64,000 bases of DNA from Camelus dromedarius (GCF_036321535.1 NC_087437.1:86244001-86308000), one strand, 5' to 3'; positions 12,677-26,079 are shown, counted from the stretch's first letter. The notes: generated by a model from the sequence alone, not told the origin. A program made the numbers and translations.

Positions 12677-14378
12677 CCCCCAGTGATTACACTGGTAGGA
12701 TGATGTCCTGGTGCTGGTGGTCTAGTGGCTACTCACTTCAAAAGCTCTGACGGATGGGCCAGTAGCCCAGCAGACAGTGGAGGGAGTACACATGAAAAGG
12801 CTCAGGGAGACACTGGCCAGGCACCACATTCCATATCTCCTCCCAAGATTCACGAGGAGGAGCCTGAAATGCTCCCCTTACTGGACTCCAAGGCCAGAAG
12901 TTCAAGTACACCAGCAGACAGCAGAACTGGGACCTACAAGGTCAGTGACCTGCAAATGTTTTGCTAGTATATCCACTGATACCATTTCGAAAAAACTATA
13001 TACCCTCTGGAACATTTTAAGCTGAAATCAAAATCTTCCTCATATGTTTAAGGATGTAATTTCCAGCATACTGTAAAGATTGACATTTTAAGATATAAAT
13101 TACACTGCTTTTTAAAATGTATCCAGTGGAACCTAAATACCAGACTAATTCTGAAACCCATCACTGTCCATTTAAAAATTCATGGACTGAGTCTTCTTGA
13201 ACAGGTGGAAATTTTACTCTGTTCCTTTTCCTTTTATTTACATTATATTTCCTCATATAACTTTATCCTAATATATTTTTGTGCTTTTCATCCTTATTAC
13301 CCTATTATATTTCTCTTTTTCTCTCCCACACACATACACACATGTATATACTAAATTTGTTTTCACTGTAGCCTTAAAGGTCTAAGTGTTAAAATAGTAA
13401 CTTCTGGATTCAGTTATCAATAAAATTGTTTGTACACAATTGATCAAAATAACTTACAGATTTGATAATTATTTAAACATAAAAAGGAAAAATTCATAAG
13501 CAATGTATCTCTTAATGAAATGAGCTTCCCCCCCCCCCATATATCCAAGAATGAATATTGTCAGTGCTCTAATGATCAGGGTTCAACATCAATTTTATTC
13601 CTATTTTGTATTTGTAGAAGGGCTGAGAGAAACCTTCACTTAAATAAGTAGGTAAGAATTAAATACATTTTGTTAAAGCAATGTCTCCTTTTTGTTAAAC
13701 TTCTTTTTGAGCTATAATCTCAAATCACTAAATGACATATCTTCAAAAATATTTTAAATGATCTATTAGCTGACAACTCAATTGGAAGTCCTTTATTTTT
13801 GTTGAAAGCAAAACTTGGAAACTGTCTGACGTGTCAGGAAAGAGTTTGCTAGTCGTTAGTCATTTACTTTCTAAACCCTTACAGTGATAGTCCAATAGTC
13901 TCTGGCAGGGGGAGTTCCTGACAGCCCAGAGGAATGCAGTGAGGAAGAGACAGGATGATGAAAGTGCACCCCCTTCTGTAAAGTGGGACAAAGACAACCG
14001 CAGACGGGCAGGTTGGGAAAGGAGAGTAAGTCCCCCTCAGGCAACAGAGAAGCAGAGTCATCTGGAAGAGCACATGTGAAAGCTGAGAATCTGGAAGTCG
14101 ATGGCTCTAACTTGCCTGTGCTCACATATCCCTTGAAAATTGCATAATATATTATTTGGACAATGTCTGATATATGATAAAATGATTTTCAACTTTTCTG
14201 TGATTTTTATTACTTTACCTTACTATTCTATTCTCTACCTTCCTATGTAATGATGAGGATAAAGAATCATTTTGTCTAGACAATGTTAAGCACAATTGGT
14301 ATAACTGCAGATTACAAAATCAACTAAATGTTCGTGTTTAAAAAATAGAAATCCCTTTTGTTTTATTACTATCATTAT

Positions 14379-14392
14379 CCACTAGAGGGCAC
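14379..14392 (+). promoter_or_regulatory. CTCF-consensus-like site CCACTAGAGGGCAC
   Basis: Close match to the CTCF core CCACYAGRGGGCRC, in NSUN3 intron 2. Confidence 0.5.
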
Positions 14393-16285
14393 TCATTCAA
14401 TCATTTTAAGCCTGGTTTAGAAATCAGAATAAACCAATTCATGGAAGTATATCAAAATTATGTTTTCCAATTATTTTATTTTTATTATTCAGAGATTCTA
14501 ATGATGAATTGATTGCCTCCTATTCTTTCTTGGTGTTGTTTCCTCCTTCTCTCTCATAGAAGGACAATCTATGTCCCTATTTCTAGCCACAGTATCTCAG
14601 GAAGCGTTGAGGGAAGGTTTGTGTTTCTGGTGGAGACAAAAAAAGGCTGAAAATACTGCACACAAGAAGTCCTTATGTCCCTTACATCAGGAGATGTGTG
14701 CATACACAAGGCTGGGACTCCAAACCCTTCACAGAAGCATGCTTGGTAGAGGAAAAGGCACAGGCTTTCAAGTCGCAAGCTTGGACTGGCCATAAACTGA
14801 GACACCTGGCAATTTTTCTAACCTCTCACTTTAAAGGGGTCTAAAAGTTACTACTCACAGGGTAGTTTCACAAATTAAGATTGAACATGTGTGCAAAGTC
14901 AACATAAGGGACAAAATAGAAATTGAGGTACTAGTTCATTTGTTTTCCCCAACCAGCCCACTACACCCCTCTTCACAGATTCTGGTAATGCAATCTGGTT
15001 ATTTATGTCTTCCTCTATATGTGAACTATGTGAACTCTGGATTAATAAGGAGAAGGTAAAAAAAAAAATTTACAGACAGGCCAGAATTAACCATGTTTCC
15101 CCCAACCCTTTTTTTTTTTTTTCTTGCTTTCCACAAAGTGCACACAAAATTTCCAAAGTTTGTAAACATTTCCAATTAATCTTCCCCTCATATATATTTG
15201 AAGGCAGAATATATATAATCCATTGTGCTCAGCACAACGTCTGGCATATAAATGAGGCCTAAATTGTGATTAAGTAGATGGCTTGCACATGAGTCTTAGG
15301 AATTGGTTCTTCCTGACCCTCCTTTGCCAAAGAGACAAGCAAGTTATTAAATTATGACAATAACAGTCTTGAAAGAATTACAACAGCTGTATCAACAAAA
15401 TTCAATGGAAACACAAAGGGCAGAACTAATTTTGCCAAGTGTATATGGGGCAGATTGATGAAGAATTAGTTAGTAATAGTAATAGTAATAAAAATAATTC
15501 TAACATGTATCAAGGGCTTACTATATGTCAATATTCTAAATACTTTGTATATATGTAAATTTATTTTATCTTTCCAAATAATTATATGAAACATAGAATT
15601 TTTCCCTTTTTATACACAAGGGTAGGAGACACAGAGATGTTAAAATAACTTTCCTGAGTCACGTTACAAGATGCAAGGGTGGGATTTGAACCTACACTTT
15701 AACCACTGTACAGAAAGAAAGGAGATGGTCATTCCTGGCAGAGGGAGCAACATATTCAGTCCCAAAAGTCTGTCTAGTCACGATAAGATGTTTAGTCCAA
15801 ATGTAACACTGCAGACAGTGGGGGAACAAAGGAGGCTCGTACTCCAGGAGGGACACAATGGAATACGGCAGCACTGAGAAGCAGCACAACAAAAGTGGGT
15901 AAGACAAATTCCCAGGGCTTTTCCAAATGTGCGCTGTGTATCACTGGGCAAATTACTTAACCTCTATATGCCTCAGCTTTCCTACCTGTAAAATGAAGAT
16001 AATAACAGCCATCTTCAAGGGTTATACAGAAGATTATGTCATTATTTGTAAAGTGATAAGAACATTGCCTGCCATATTGTGCCAAAAAAGTGGTTGCTCA
16101 AATAAGTAAACACTAAAGGTGGGCGACTATGAAAAGTGCTGCTGCAATATGCCAGGTAAGAAATGACGAAGGCCCAGCTAAACAGGAACAGTGAGGATAA
16201 GCAGGAGATCCAAAGTAAGAAACTTCTCATATAAAAGCAAAAGCATTTGGCGGGCATTTAGATTTTGATGGGGGCAGGGCAGTGG

Positions 16286-16858
16286 TGTGTGGTGGCAGCA
16301 CACAGTTCGAGGTCCCCAAGACCACTCTTGGGCTTGATTATTAAATAGAAGGACACACAGAACTCACCGTTAGACCCATGCTTATGGTTGAGGTTTATTA
16401 TGGAGAAAAGATACAGGTTAAAATCTGTCAAGGTAAGAGATGTGTGACGCAGAGGCACAAGCGTTCAAAGCATAAAGCTTCCACTTGTCCTCCGGTGGAA
16501 TCATGGACAAGGGTAACTTTTCCCTGCAATGTGTGACAATACGCATAGGAGCACTGCCAACCAGGGAGTCCTGGTGTCTAGATTTCACTGGGCTCAGTCA
16601 CACAAGCATGAGTGACTGCCCACTCACTGATCTTTTTAGGCTAGAGTCCCTCGGGAGGTAGGAGGTGGGAGGCCTAGCTAACACAGTGGCCCAGAACCCC
16701 CACCATAAATCACATTGCTAGACTTTCTCATGTTGCCCAAGCCCCCAGGTAAACAAAGACACTCTTGAGCAGGACACTCCAAGGGCTTACAGATCACCTC
16801 CAAGGAGCTGAGGGCAAATGTCAGACCTGTTTTTGAATAAGGTTCATTCTTTATGACA
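16286..16858 (-). mobile_element. MER21-like solo LTR
   Basis: GGTCCCCAAGACCAC...GGTTTATTA..GAAAAGATACAG...CCCCCACCATAAATCACATTG...GGTAAACAAAGACACTC. Confidence 0.8.
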
Positions 16859-17729
16859 AAGGTAGTGAAGTGTGGAGGAGGAAAGAGGAAATGAGACTGA
16901 TAATGATACCTTCCACTGAGATAGAATACGCAAGTAGCAAATGGCAACATAAGCTTGGAAAGGAAAAATCAGAATATGCTTTTGAGTTTTCCTGCTGTGG
17001 AACTAAGTGAAGTGAAACACTTAGAAGCGTGGGGCTGAAGTTTGGGAAGGACCCCACCACTTGAGACAACAGCATACTGAGGGAAGTTTACAGCCATGCC
17101 AAGAATGGGCTCACCTGAAAGAGAACATGAGGACAAGTAGGGCAAAAACGGAACCAAGGTAAACCCCAACTCCAAAGGGCTGCTCAGAGGGCAATGGCGA
17201 GGAGGGTTTTTACAAAATAAAATTAAAATAAATACTAAATTGTCCCTACTATTACAGGACTATTGAGTAAATTACTTTCTAAGTAATGCACTCTCCTTTC
17301 TCTGGAAGTACATAGCTCTGCAAACACAGTACTATGTCTTTCAAATAAATGATTAAAAGCCAAAAATATTTGTTTTCATTTCCCCATGCCTTCCTGCATG
17401 CACAGAGTACTTTCTAAGCTGAGAAAGCCTTTATTTTGCCTATGGCAAATTTAGCACATGTTTATGCAAAACTTAAACTACCATGAAAACCCAACAAAAA
17501 GGCAGATGAAGCAGAAGGCACAGCTAATCAAATGGATTTGAGGTTCACTGCTCATTTTGGTTAGGGTCAAATGATAATTTATAACTGTCTGAGCACATTA
17601 AGTAGAAAAGTAACTCATTACATTAGGGTATGAATAGCCAGATTACTATAAAATCTGAAGACAATATACCTCTTGAAATCTGTTTTTTTAAAAATCATCC
17701 ATTTATGCCTAATTACATTCCAGGTATGA

Positions 17730-17960
17730 GAGGCATATAGAATACGGGTTAGCAGTGGGAGTTTATGAACCAGAGAGTCTGGGCACAAATCCCAGCTCTC
17801 CCACTTAACTAGCTGAGGGAACTTGGGCAAGTTACTTAAAACTCTGCGCAGTTTCTTCAGTGAAAAATGGGAAACAAATCTCATAGGTTTTTCTGAGGAT
17901 CAAATGAAGTCAGTATTGCCTGGCACATAATAAGCACACAGTAAGTGTTTTGTTATTGTG
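17730..17960 (+). mobile_element. MIR SINE
   Basis: AAATCCCAGCTCTCCCACTTAACTAGCTG...TTGGGCAAGTTACTTAA...TGAGGATCAAATGA. Confidence 0.8.
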
Positions 17961-18958
17961 CTATTCTATTTGAGTACCTTTGCATACTGAAAACCTCACG
18001 AATTAATTACACACTCCACTATTTATTCCTTTTTCTTCTCTGTGATAGAAGACACACATTTAAAGATTTAGTCTTGAGATAAAACGTCAAGCTACATTTT
18101 CACATTACAGTATTTACGTTTCTAAAACAGCTTCATTTGTTTAAAATTATCTCAGAACCACCTTATACTTTATTAAGTCACCAAGAAACCTGGCTTCCCT
18201 CAGGTAAGACTAGGTACTCCTGACTATTTCTATTAGGATACTCATGGAATTAGCAGCTTATATAGTTTTAATCATGCTCCTCCTCCCCCATGAACACCAG
18301 ACTGTCAGCAAACTGGACATGGGGACCGTCTTGCTCTTTGTATGTCACAGGGTATAATGTATCAAGCACTCAGTGTAAAGAACAGAGTAACATACCAGAG
18401 GCAAAACTCACTAAACATACAAATTAAACTTCCCTCACATCCATGCATTAAATATTTATTTGTTTTCTATAATACATTTAAATAACGTGTGTGTGTTAAC
18501 ACGTGTGTTCAAGACATAGCCAGCTATATACATAGGGAAGAAACATGATTACCAAATAAAATGACATTAGCTAAGATAAAGCAGTGTTGGCTTTAAAGAC
18601 TTGTTGCATTGTCTTCTGAATTTCAGAAACTAGTCAAATATCCTCAAAAGTTTCCTTTAAAATTTTTCTGTTACAGTAGAATTAATTTTGTCAAAGTGGT
18701 GGGCATTCCTATTTCAAAGATCAAAGCAATTGCACAAGGCAAGGGCAGAACAATTTGTGCTATCACTACAAAGTTTTCTTTCCCCTCTTTCATCTCCCTA
18801 TGATTCAGTCTATTTCCTCCTCATTCACCCCTTCTGAAGCCTCAGCAGGAAATGGCAGCCAGGTTTAGAGTCCTTTATTTTTTATCTTCACAGCACCCCT
18901 CCTCAAGAAGGGTTTATTTCTTGTTCTATCATAAAGCATTGAGATGAATTATACTAAC

Positions 18959-19068
18959 CTTACTGTATTCCAGGCATCTCCAAGTTCTTTGGAATACTGA
19001 TTTTCAAAATGATCCAATACAACTTTGCAAATCTGTTTTGCAAGCTTCCTCTCTGATTTTGCTTTCAG
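18959..19068 (-). CDS. NSUN3: NSUN3 coding exon 2 (110 bp)
   Basis: catag|CTGAAA...GTAAG|gttagt; encodes LKAKSERKLAKQICKVVLDHFENQYSKELGDAWNTV(R). Confidence 0.95.
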
Positions 19069-19354
19069 CTATGATGATAAGAAAAAGTTGCTGACACACT
19101 GATTTATAAATTTATTGAACTTCAACATTAGCAAAGTCTTCTTTTCTTAAGATAAAAACACTTTTTTTTTGGATAATTACTAGTTCTTGACACAGGAGCT
19201 GTACCTCACACATAACAAAACTGTATTACAATACTCTTATCTACTTATGAAAAAAGGTTTCTCCAAATGACTATTGCTCAAATGTAAAGCAAAGGTTAAA
19301 GCAAAATCCTGGTGTTAACAGAGGACTATACGTCAAAGGAACAAAATTTAAATA

Positions 19355-19472
19355 AGCCACTCTGGATGTTAACATCAGGGAGAAGTGGGTGAAAAGCATA
19401 TGCTAACTGCATTATCTTTGCAACTTTTTTGTAAATATAAAATTATTCCAAAATAAAGTTTATTTAGAAAAA
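19355..19472 (+). mobile_element. Old L1M 3' end fragment
   Basis: TATCTTTGCAACTTTTTTGTAAATATAAAATTATTCCAAAATAAAG. Confidence 0.7.
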
Positions 19473-19789
19473 GTCACTCTGGTCTCCTGCGGAAACTTCC
19501 TTACAATTCTATCTCATGTACTAATCCCGGAAAAGTTTATCGAGGGCCTTCTATGTAACAGATATCGTCCTAAGTTTCCAGGATAGGGCAGTGACAGTCC
19601 TGCAGGAGCTTGCATTCTGCTCAAAGCTGAAAGTAATGGATATATTAAAGCCCGCAGCCTGGACTGCAGACAGGTTATCTGAGGAGAAGGTGAGTCTCGG
19701 GAGAAACGGACAGAGTATGCAACTAGCAAGCGTCAAAAAAACAGCATTATTCCAGAGCTCTGGACTGAAGCTAGAGAAACCCAGAGATC

Positions 19790-20300
19790 AAGAAGTGCCC
19801 CCGTCCCAGCCCTCTCCCCCGCCATGCCGGTCAGTAAAGAAGTGTGCAGTTCAGTCAGAGGCACCCGGCTGGGTCCCAACCCTCACCCGGGTCAACATCT
19901 TCCAGTCAGGAGAGGTCAAACAAGAAACCAATACCGCTGGGCATCTAAAGCCTGCAGGGAACAAAAACAACAGCCCGCCTTACGAATTTCGCCGGACTTC
20001 TCTCCTATCCCTCACGTTTCCGACTCAACATCTCGCGAGATACTGATTTGCGGGACTTATCGAAATCTCGCCAAAAGACCTAGGTCTCTCGAGAGTCAAG
20101 CGCAAGGTTACTCGGGCGGGTGGCTGAAAGAGGCGGTGACCACCTACTCCCGGGGGCGTGGTCGAGACCCGTAGGCGGAACTTTGGGCGGCCGGTGCTTA
20201 GATAGACACGCCTTTCACAATCTTTTCTGCTGTGTCCTTGGGGCTCAGAACGACTGGGGATGTTTGTCCCTATTAGGCTTGTAGTACGATCGTCGTTTTA
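19790..20300. promoter_or_regulatory. CpG-island promoter of NSUN3, probably bidirectional
   Basis: The only CpG-dense, GC-rich segment in the window. It surrounds NSUN3 exon 1 and contains GGGCGG boxes and a perfect TCTCGCGAGA palindrome at 20031-20040. Confidence 0.85.
19887..19898 (-). CDS. NSUN3: NSUN3 coding exon 1 (MLTR); mitochondrial tRNA-Met m5C34 methyltransferase
   Basis: Minus strand reads ATG TTG ACC CGG|GTGAGG inside a CpG island. It joins in phase 0 to LKAKS of the next exon, matching the recalled NSUN3 N-terminus MLTQLKAKS. Confidence 0.88.
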
Positions 20301-22708
20301 AGATGTTCTCAGAGGTGAAGCTAGTTACGGAGCTAATCTACCAAATCCGAAGACCCCCATTAGCCCAAATATTCAGAACTCAAGATAAAATAATGGATAT
20401 GACGAAAAATATTCAAGCATTGCCTAGAGATGGCCAATTGGAACAATCTCTCTCTTTAAGGAGGAGGGTTCAACTGACTGAAGTACACAGGTAAAGCGCT
20501 TTGCACAGACTAGGAAACAGTAAACGCCCAAATGTTAGCTGCTACTTTATTATCTTGATCTTCGTGATTATCAAGTTTTGATACCAAATGCCTGACGACC
20601 AAAATGACCTGACCCTCCTCACCCACATTTACTAACGGAAGGGTTACTAGTTCTCAGGAGAGTTGAGTGTTAACACCCATTCTGATAGGAATAGCAATTT
20701 ATTTGCTTTTTTAGTGGTATTTTTTATTTGCTACCTTGTTAACATCAATCAGCAATTTATCAGAAAGTCAGTGCTTAACGTAGTTCCCAATATTTAATGA
20801 ACATCATCATTTTGACACCCTTGATGCTTAAAATATCAGTATAAGTGTATATCATAGGTGCAAATCTTAGGATCATGTAAAAAGATAAACTTCATTACTC
20901 CTAATGTGATTTGAAACCTAATATATTTTATTTATTTAAACAAGTTGCCCAATAATTTTAAAATGAATTTAAATTTTGTGCAAAAGAAAATATATTATTA
21001 AGATGTGAGATGATTAAATGCATTAGTTCGTTGTGTGTTTAAGGAAAAGTCGTTAGTTTACATTTCAGCCTGTAAGAAATTTCATAATTTATTTTTTCTG
21101 TACTCATTACAAATTGTTTCATTTAATGAATTAAAAGAGTAATCTATTTTCAGTGTAGACATATAAAAAACTTTTAAGGTGGTAGTAGAAATCGTATGTA
21201 CTATTTTTCTATTAGGGAAAGAGGATATGTTATGCTTGGAAAGAGGTCGTATTAGTTCTATTTTATTCTTTTGTAATTTCTTTAGCATATTTCTATTTTC
21301 TGGTTTTTAAATAAACTAATGCTCATTGAAGAAACCAAAATTTAAAGCCTATAAGAATGAAAATCATGTATAACACAGCTAGAGATAATCACTATTAATA
21401 TTTTGGTATATTTCTCTATGCATTTTCAAGGTTGATCAAACTATGTATAATGTATGCTCTTCTGCTTTTATAGGCATTTTCTTATATTAAAAATTCTTCC
21501 TACAGTACATAATTTCTACAAGTTGCATAGTATTTGAAGGTATGGAGATTATACTAGCTATATTATTATTATTTGATAAACATTTTTGCTCATAAATCTT
21601 TGTAAGTCTGATAATACAATTTTTTAATTATGTCCTTATTCTGGGTAAGTTTTCAAATCTTACTAGTATCATATTTCTTTTGTAAATTACTTGCTCATAC
21701 TCACTTATCTATAGCTATCTTAGTGCTATTTTAATTTATATTACAGATGTTACCATATCACATTTTCAAGTACTTTGTCAATTTTTCTTATCACCATTAG
21801 ATTCTGAATGTGGAAAAAATGTGAATTTTTATGCAGTCAACCGTTTGAATTTGTAATTTACTTCATTGCTTGCAAATTTCTTCCCACAGAAGGGAGTTAC
21901 TTCTGTTCCTTTCTTTTTTCTTTACAGGTTGACCTTTCACATTTAACCCATTAACCCATCTAGAATCAATATTAGTATATCATGAGAATGTTAATGGATT
22001 TCCACTCCCTGACACCAAATTGCTACCGAAGAATAAACAAAGTTTCTTTTCACACTGAGCTTTTACGAGTAGAAACTGTTAGAGGCCAACTTGTTTTAAA
22101 CCCACTGTAGACATAAGAAATTAAGCTGACACAAAATACCAGAAATTGTACTATGGTTTTAAGATTGTTATTATTATTGTTATCATTATAGTGTTAAAGA
22201 ATGAGGCAGCTTAATAAGGACTTACTGCTAAGCTGGAAATTAATTTTTACATGCTCAATTTTATTGTGAAATCATTTGATACAAGAAGTGTTACAAAACA
22301 AACTTTTTAGTGAATTTTCATAATTATATAAAACAGCTCTCAAAGCCCTTCATGTTCATATAGAGATATATGTGTCAAAAGATAAAGACAGGGTTTGTAG
22401 TAAAATAATCTGACATCAAGAGTGTTAGCTCCTTAAACTGGATGGCAGAAAAACACAACAGAGAAACTTACCATCAAAGCAAGAGAACAAAGCGTAGTTA
22501 TAGGCTTTAGGTGAGTAGATAGTTAGCTGAGGCTCTCATTTTTTTAAATTATAGGCCTTCAAAGTGGTATGTACAAACTCTGGCAGACTGGGACTCAGAA
22601 GTAAATATAACAACTTGTATTTTTATTTTATTTTTTCTAATCTTTGAAAAAATTTAGGGAGGTATATGTACAAAGTATGATAGAATATGTATATAACTGC
22701 TAAGAGCT

Positions 22709-22855
22709 GAGAGGGTAGAATATAGCTCAAGTGCTAGAGCACATGCTCAGCATGCAGGAGATCTGGGGTTCAAAAAAGTCCTCTTAAAAAATTAAATAAA
22801 CCTAATTACCTCCCCCCCAAAACAAACCAAAAAAACCCAAAACAAACAAACAAAA
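22709..22855 (+). mobile_element. tRNA-derived SINE (Vic-1-like)
   Basis: TATAGCTCAAGTGCTAGAGCACATGCTCAGCATGC...GGGGTTCAA...AAACCTAATTACCTCCCCCC followed by an A-rich tail. Confidence 0.8.
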
Positions 22856-22859
22856 GTGA

Positions 22860-23290
22860 AACTTCTCCCTTTCCCTTCAAAATTCCTATGTTGACCTAAC
22901 TCCACCCTCCCACCCTCCCCACCCCTCCGCCACCACCACCTCCCTCCCCGGTACCTCAGAGCTTGGCTGTATTTGGAAACAGGGCCTTTCCAGAGGTGAT
23001 TAAAAGGAGTCGTTTAGGGTGGTCCTAATCCAATCTAACTGGTGTCTTTATTAAAAGGAAATTTGGATACCCTGAGACATTAGCTAGCAACAAATGCACA
23101 CAGAGCAAAGACCATGTGAGCACACAGGGAGAAGGAGGTCACTTGTAAGCCAAGGAGAGAGGTTTCCCACAAGGCCTGCCAACACCTTGATCTTGGACTT
23201 TCAGGCTTCAGAACTGAGAAAATAAATTTCTGTTGTTTAAACCACCCAGTTTGTGGTACTTTGTTACAGCAGCACTAGCAAACTAATACA
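22860..23290 (+). mobile_element. MLT1A/B-like MaLR solo LTR
   Basis: GTATTTGGAAACAGGGCCTTT...CCTAATCCAAT..ACTGGTGTC...ACCTTGATCTTGGACTT...GCAGCACTAGCAAACTAATACA. Confidence 0.85.
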
Positions 23291-23770
23291 GTAACTTTAT
23301 ATTTAATGTATACTAAAAATATGTACTGAAAAGGATGTATCAAATTTGGAGACCACTGATTCATTTACCTAGGTCATACTGTTTCCTCATCAGCACAAAA
23401 AAGGAACTTACAACTCATGCTCAAAATTAGCAAATTATTTTCTTCATATTTTCCCTTTAATTTAGCTGATCACTTTCATTAAAGAAAATTCATATCTGAT
23501 AACTCTTTTCTCAAAAAACCAGACTTCTCTTATTATGCCTCCACAAAGACAATGGATTATTGCTATTTTGATAGTTTTTACCATACTTAAATGTACGTTT
23601 TGAAGTATATGAATTTATTATCAGCTGGAATGTATTTCTTGATAAATTAGAAGGTTAGTATTAGCAGAATCTCAACTGCAAAGTGTATTCCAGTTAGCGA
23701 AAAACTTAGGTAGCAAAGGCAAGGATAACAAAATTTATAAGCTCCAGCTTTATTTGTATAAGCAGTTTCA

Positions 23771-23888
23771 CTTTTGGGTGAGGTGGAGATTAGGTTTTAT
23801 TTATTTATTTAAATGGCAGTACTGGGAATTGAACCCAGGATCTTGTGCTTGCTAAGCATGCACTCTACCACTAAACATGCCCTGCCCC
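23771..23888 (-). mobile_element. tRNA-derived SINE (Vic-1-like)
   Basis: GTACTGGGAATTGAACCCAGGATCTTGTGCTTGCTAAGCATGCACTCTACCACT. Confidence 0.8.
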
Positions 23889-24189
23889 TAAGCTTTGATA
23901 AGCTTTTGCCATCTGGAAGCATACAGTATTTCTTTAGTGTGGAATGGAAGAAAATGAGTAATGTGAATAGCATAGCATACAGAACCAAGTATCAAATGAA
24001 ATAAAATATTGTCAGTAAAAGGACATGTGGTTAACAGATCAGCTGCAAATACAATGGCATATTCCATAGTTGAATGTCTCTGGGCTATTCACAGGTAAAT
24101 TCACAAATTAGATGAATTCTGCTCCTTCACTTGGCACTTATTACCAAAAAGAAACCATTTAAGTTTATCAAATGAAAAGCAAAACAGCA

Positions 24190-26046
24190 TACTGATATAA
24201 ATTATTTTTATTGTGTGAAAATGTCATAATTCATAATAATTAAGAATAAAAATGCAGCATATAACAAAATAGGCATTTATACTTGTTAAAAGCCACCTGG
24301 ATTTACAAAACTTTAAAAATATTTTTAGAATGCTTTAAGAATACAAATTATGTTTTGAGAGATATATAAAACATTTATTCCATTTTATCATATATTTAAA
24401 TTCAAGATCTTCAAAATGATTTTTATTTATTTTTGTTAAATGGACTCAGTACATTATTATACATTATAGTAATCACTGGTAGGAAACAAAAACTTAAAAC
24501 ATATTTATCTCATACTAGATGAATATTAAAAAATGGCAAAAGCATGAGTTTAGTTTTTAAAAAATGAATAAATATAAATTTTACAAAAAAGGAACCAAGA
24601 AGATATACAGGTTTGTTCTCTAAAATCCACCTCAGAATTTACATACTGTCTTCTTGGGTTGCTTTTCCTTACAAATTCAGGTTGTTCGGAATTCTGTATC
24701 TGAAATAGAATGCTTTTATCCAGTGTGGAAGGTAAGTCTCATGTACAAAATTCCAAAAATTGCATATGATGCTGACTTAGAGTAATAAATAATCTGATTA
24801 ATGAAAGTTCAATGAGTTAGAAAATGTGAATAAAATGCAATATTCTAAAAAAAAAACTTTATAAGTAAATAATCATATTAAACTGCCTTAAGCATACTTA
24901 ATCATGTTATTTTCAGATACCAGTATATGTCTGTTGTCAGTACAAGATGCCAAACTGACTAATTTTAACAGGGTAATTAGAATTCATACTGTTTATGTTA
25001 TTTTCACCTTGAGTAAAGGTTTGCTTCTAATTAAATGGACCATTATGAATCTGTTACTCAAAATATGTATCTAAAAGCTTGTCTAAATGCCAGAAGACAG
25101 AATACTACAGATGCCATTCTTCAGTGCAACAGAAGTACTATTACTTTAAATTGAGAAATTATTTTGAAATTATTTCTTTATTGATGTAATTTAAACCAAC
25201 ATTTTTATTGTTATTTCTTTAATATCTAAGCATTTCCCAGTTAAAAAATACAAATTTCTGGGCTACAGTAGCTTTTCTGGTCTTTTTGCCTTGAATTTCA
25301 AGGCACAAAAGAATTAGAATAACCTAAAAGAGTCACTGCAGCTTCTGACAGAACAAGGGAGTGACAAGTAGCACCTTGATCTCTGAAAAGGTCTAACCTT
25401 TGAAAGAGGTGTTTTATTGGGGCTTTTAATGATATTTCATAAAACATTTTTATTAACTTAAAAAGCATTTAAGTCAAAAGGTATTTTGCAAGTCTCTTTC
25501 ATTTATTGGGAGCATTACCAAAGAAAACAAATAACAGCAAAAATTAAACTAATTAATTAGTGCTGTCAAATAACAATTTGATAGAATAAAAATATGAGAA
25601 TATTTTTAAAAGATATTTTAAAATTAGGTCAAATTAAGATGTATACTTCAAAAACATACCTCAAACCATATAAATATATCCTGTTTGTATAGTTTCATGT
25701 TTGTCAAGTAAATCAACTCCATTTTCCAAACACAATTTAAACATAGCATCTATAGAAAAGTGCACAATGTCATAGTAATTAAAATCCTTAAAAGTTTTAG
25801 AAAAATATAAAAAGTTAAAAATTTAGCTTATAAATTCCCAAGAGTTCCCTTTCCATGTACATGTCTTACAAATGTTAAAGATGGAGAAATAAAGACAATT
25901 AAATAAAGAGTAAAGAAAGGGTATAGAGCCCACTGGCTCTTTTTCTGAAGAGGTTTCCCTTCAGGAATATGCCCATGAGTGGGATGTATAAACCAGAGTC
26001 ATTACCAACTCTTGCTCGCCCCATTTGCTGCTCATTTTGCTTCCCC

Positions 26047-26079
<33 letters not shown>

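Noticed and set aside
12210..13025. Cluster of overlapping ORFs, including HTHTHT and CVCVCV peptides
   Set aside because: Artefacts of the (AC)n microsatellite and repeat-derived sequence.
19591..20174. 151-aa and 116-aa plus-strand ORFs over the NSUN3 promoter
   Set aside because: No recognisable domain. Stop-poor because of CpG-island composition, and antisense to NSUN3 exon 1. Not DHFR-like.
22709..22790. tRNA-like A/B boxes suggesting a tRNA gene
   Set aside because: SINE head followed by the SINE body and A-tail; no complete cloverleaf.
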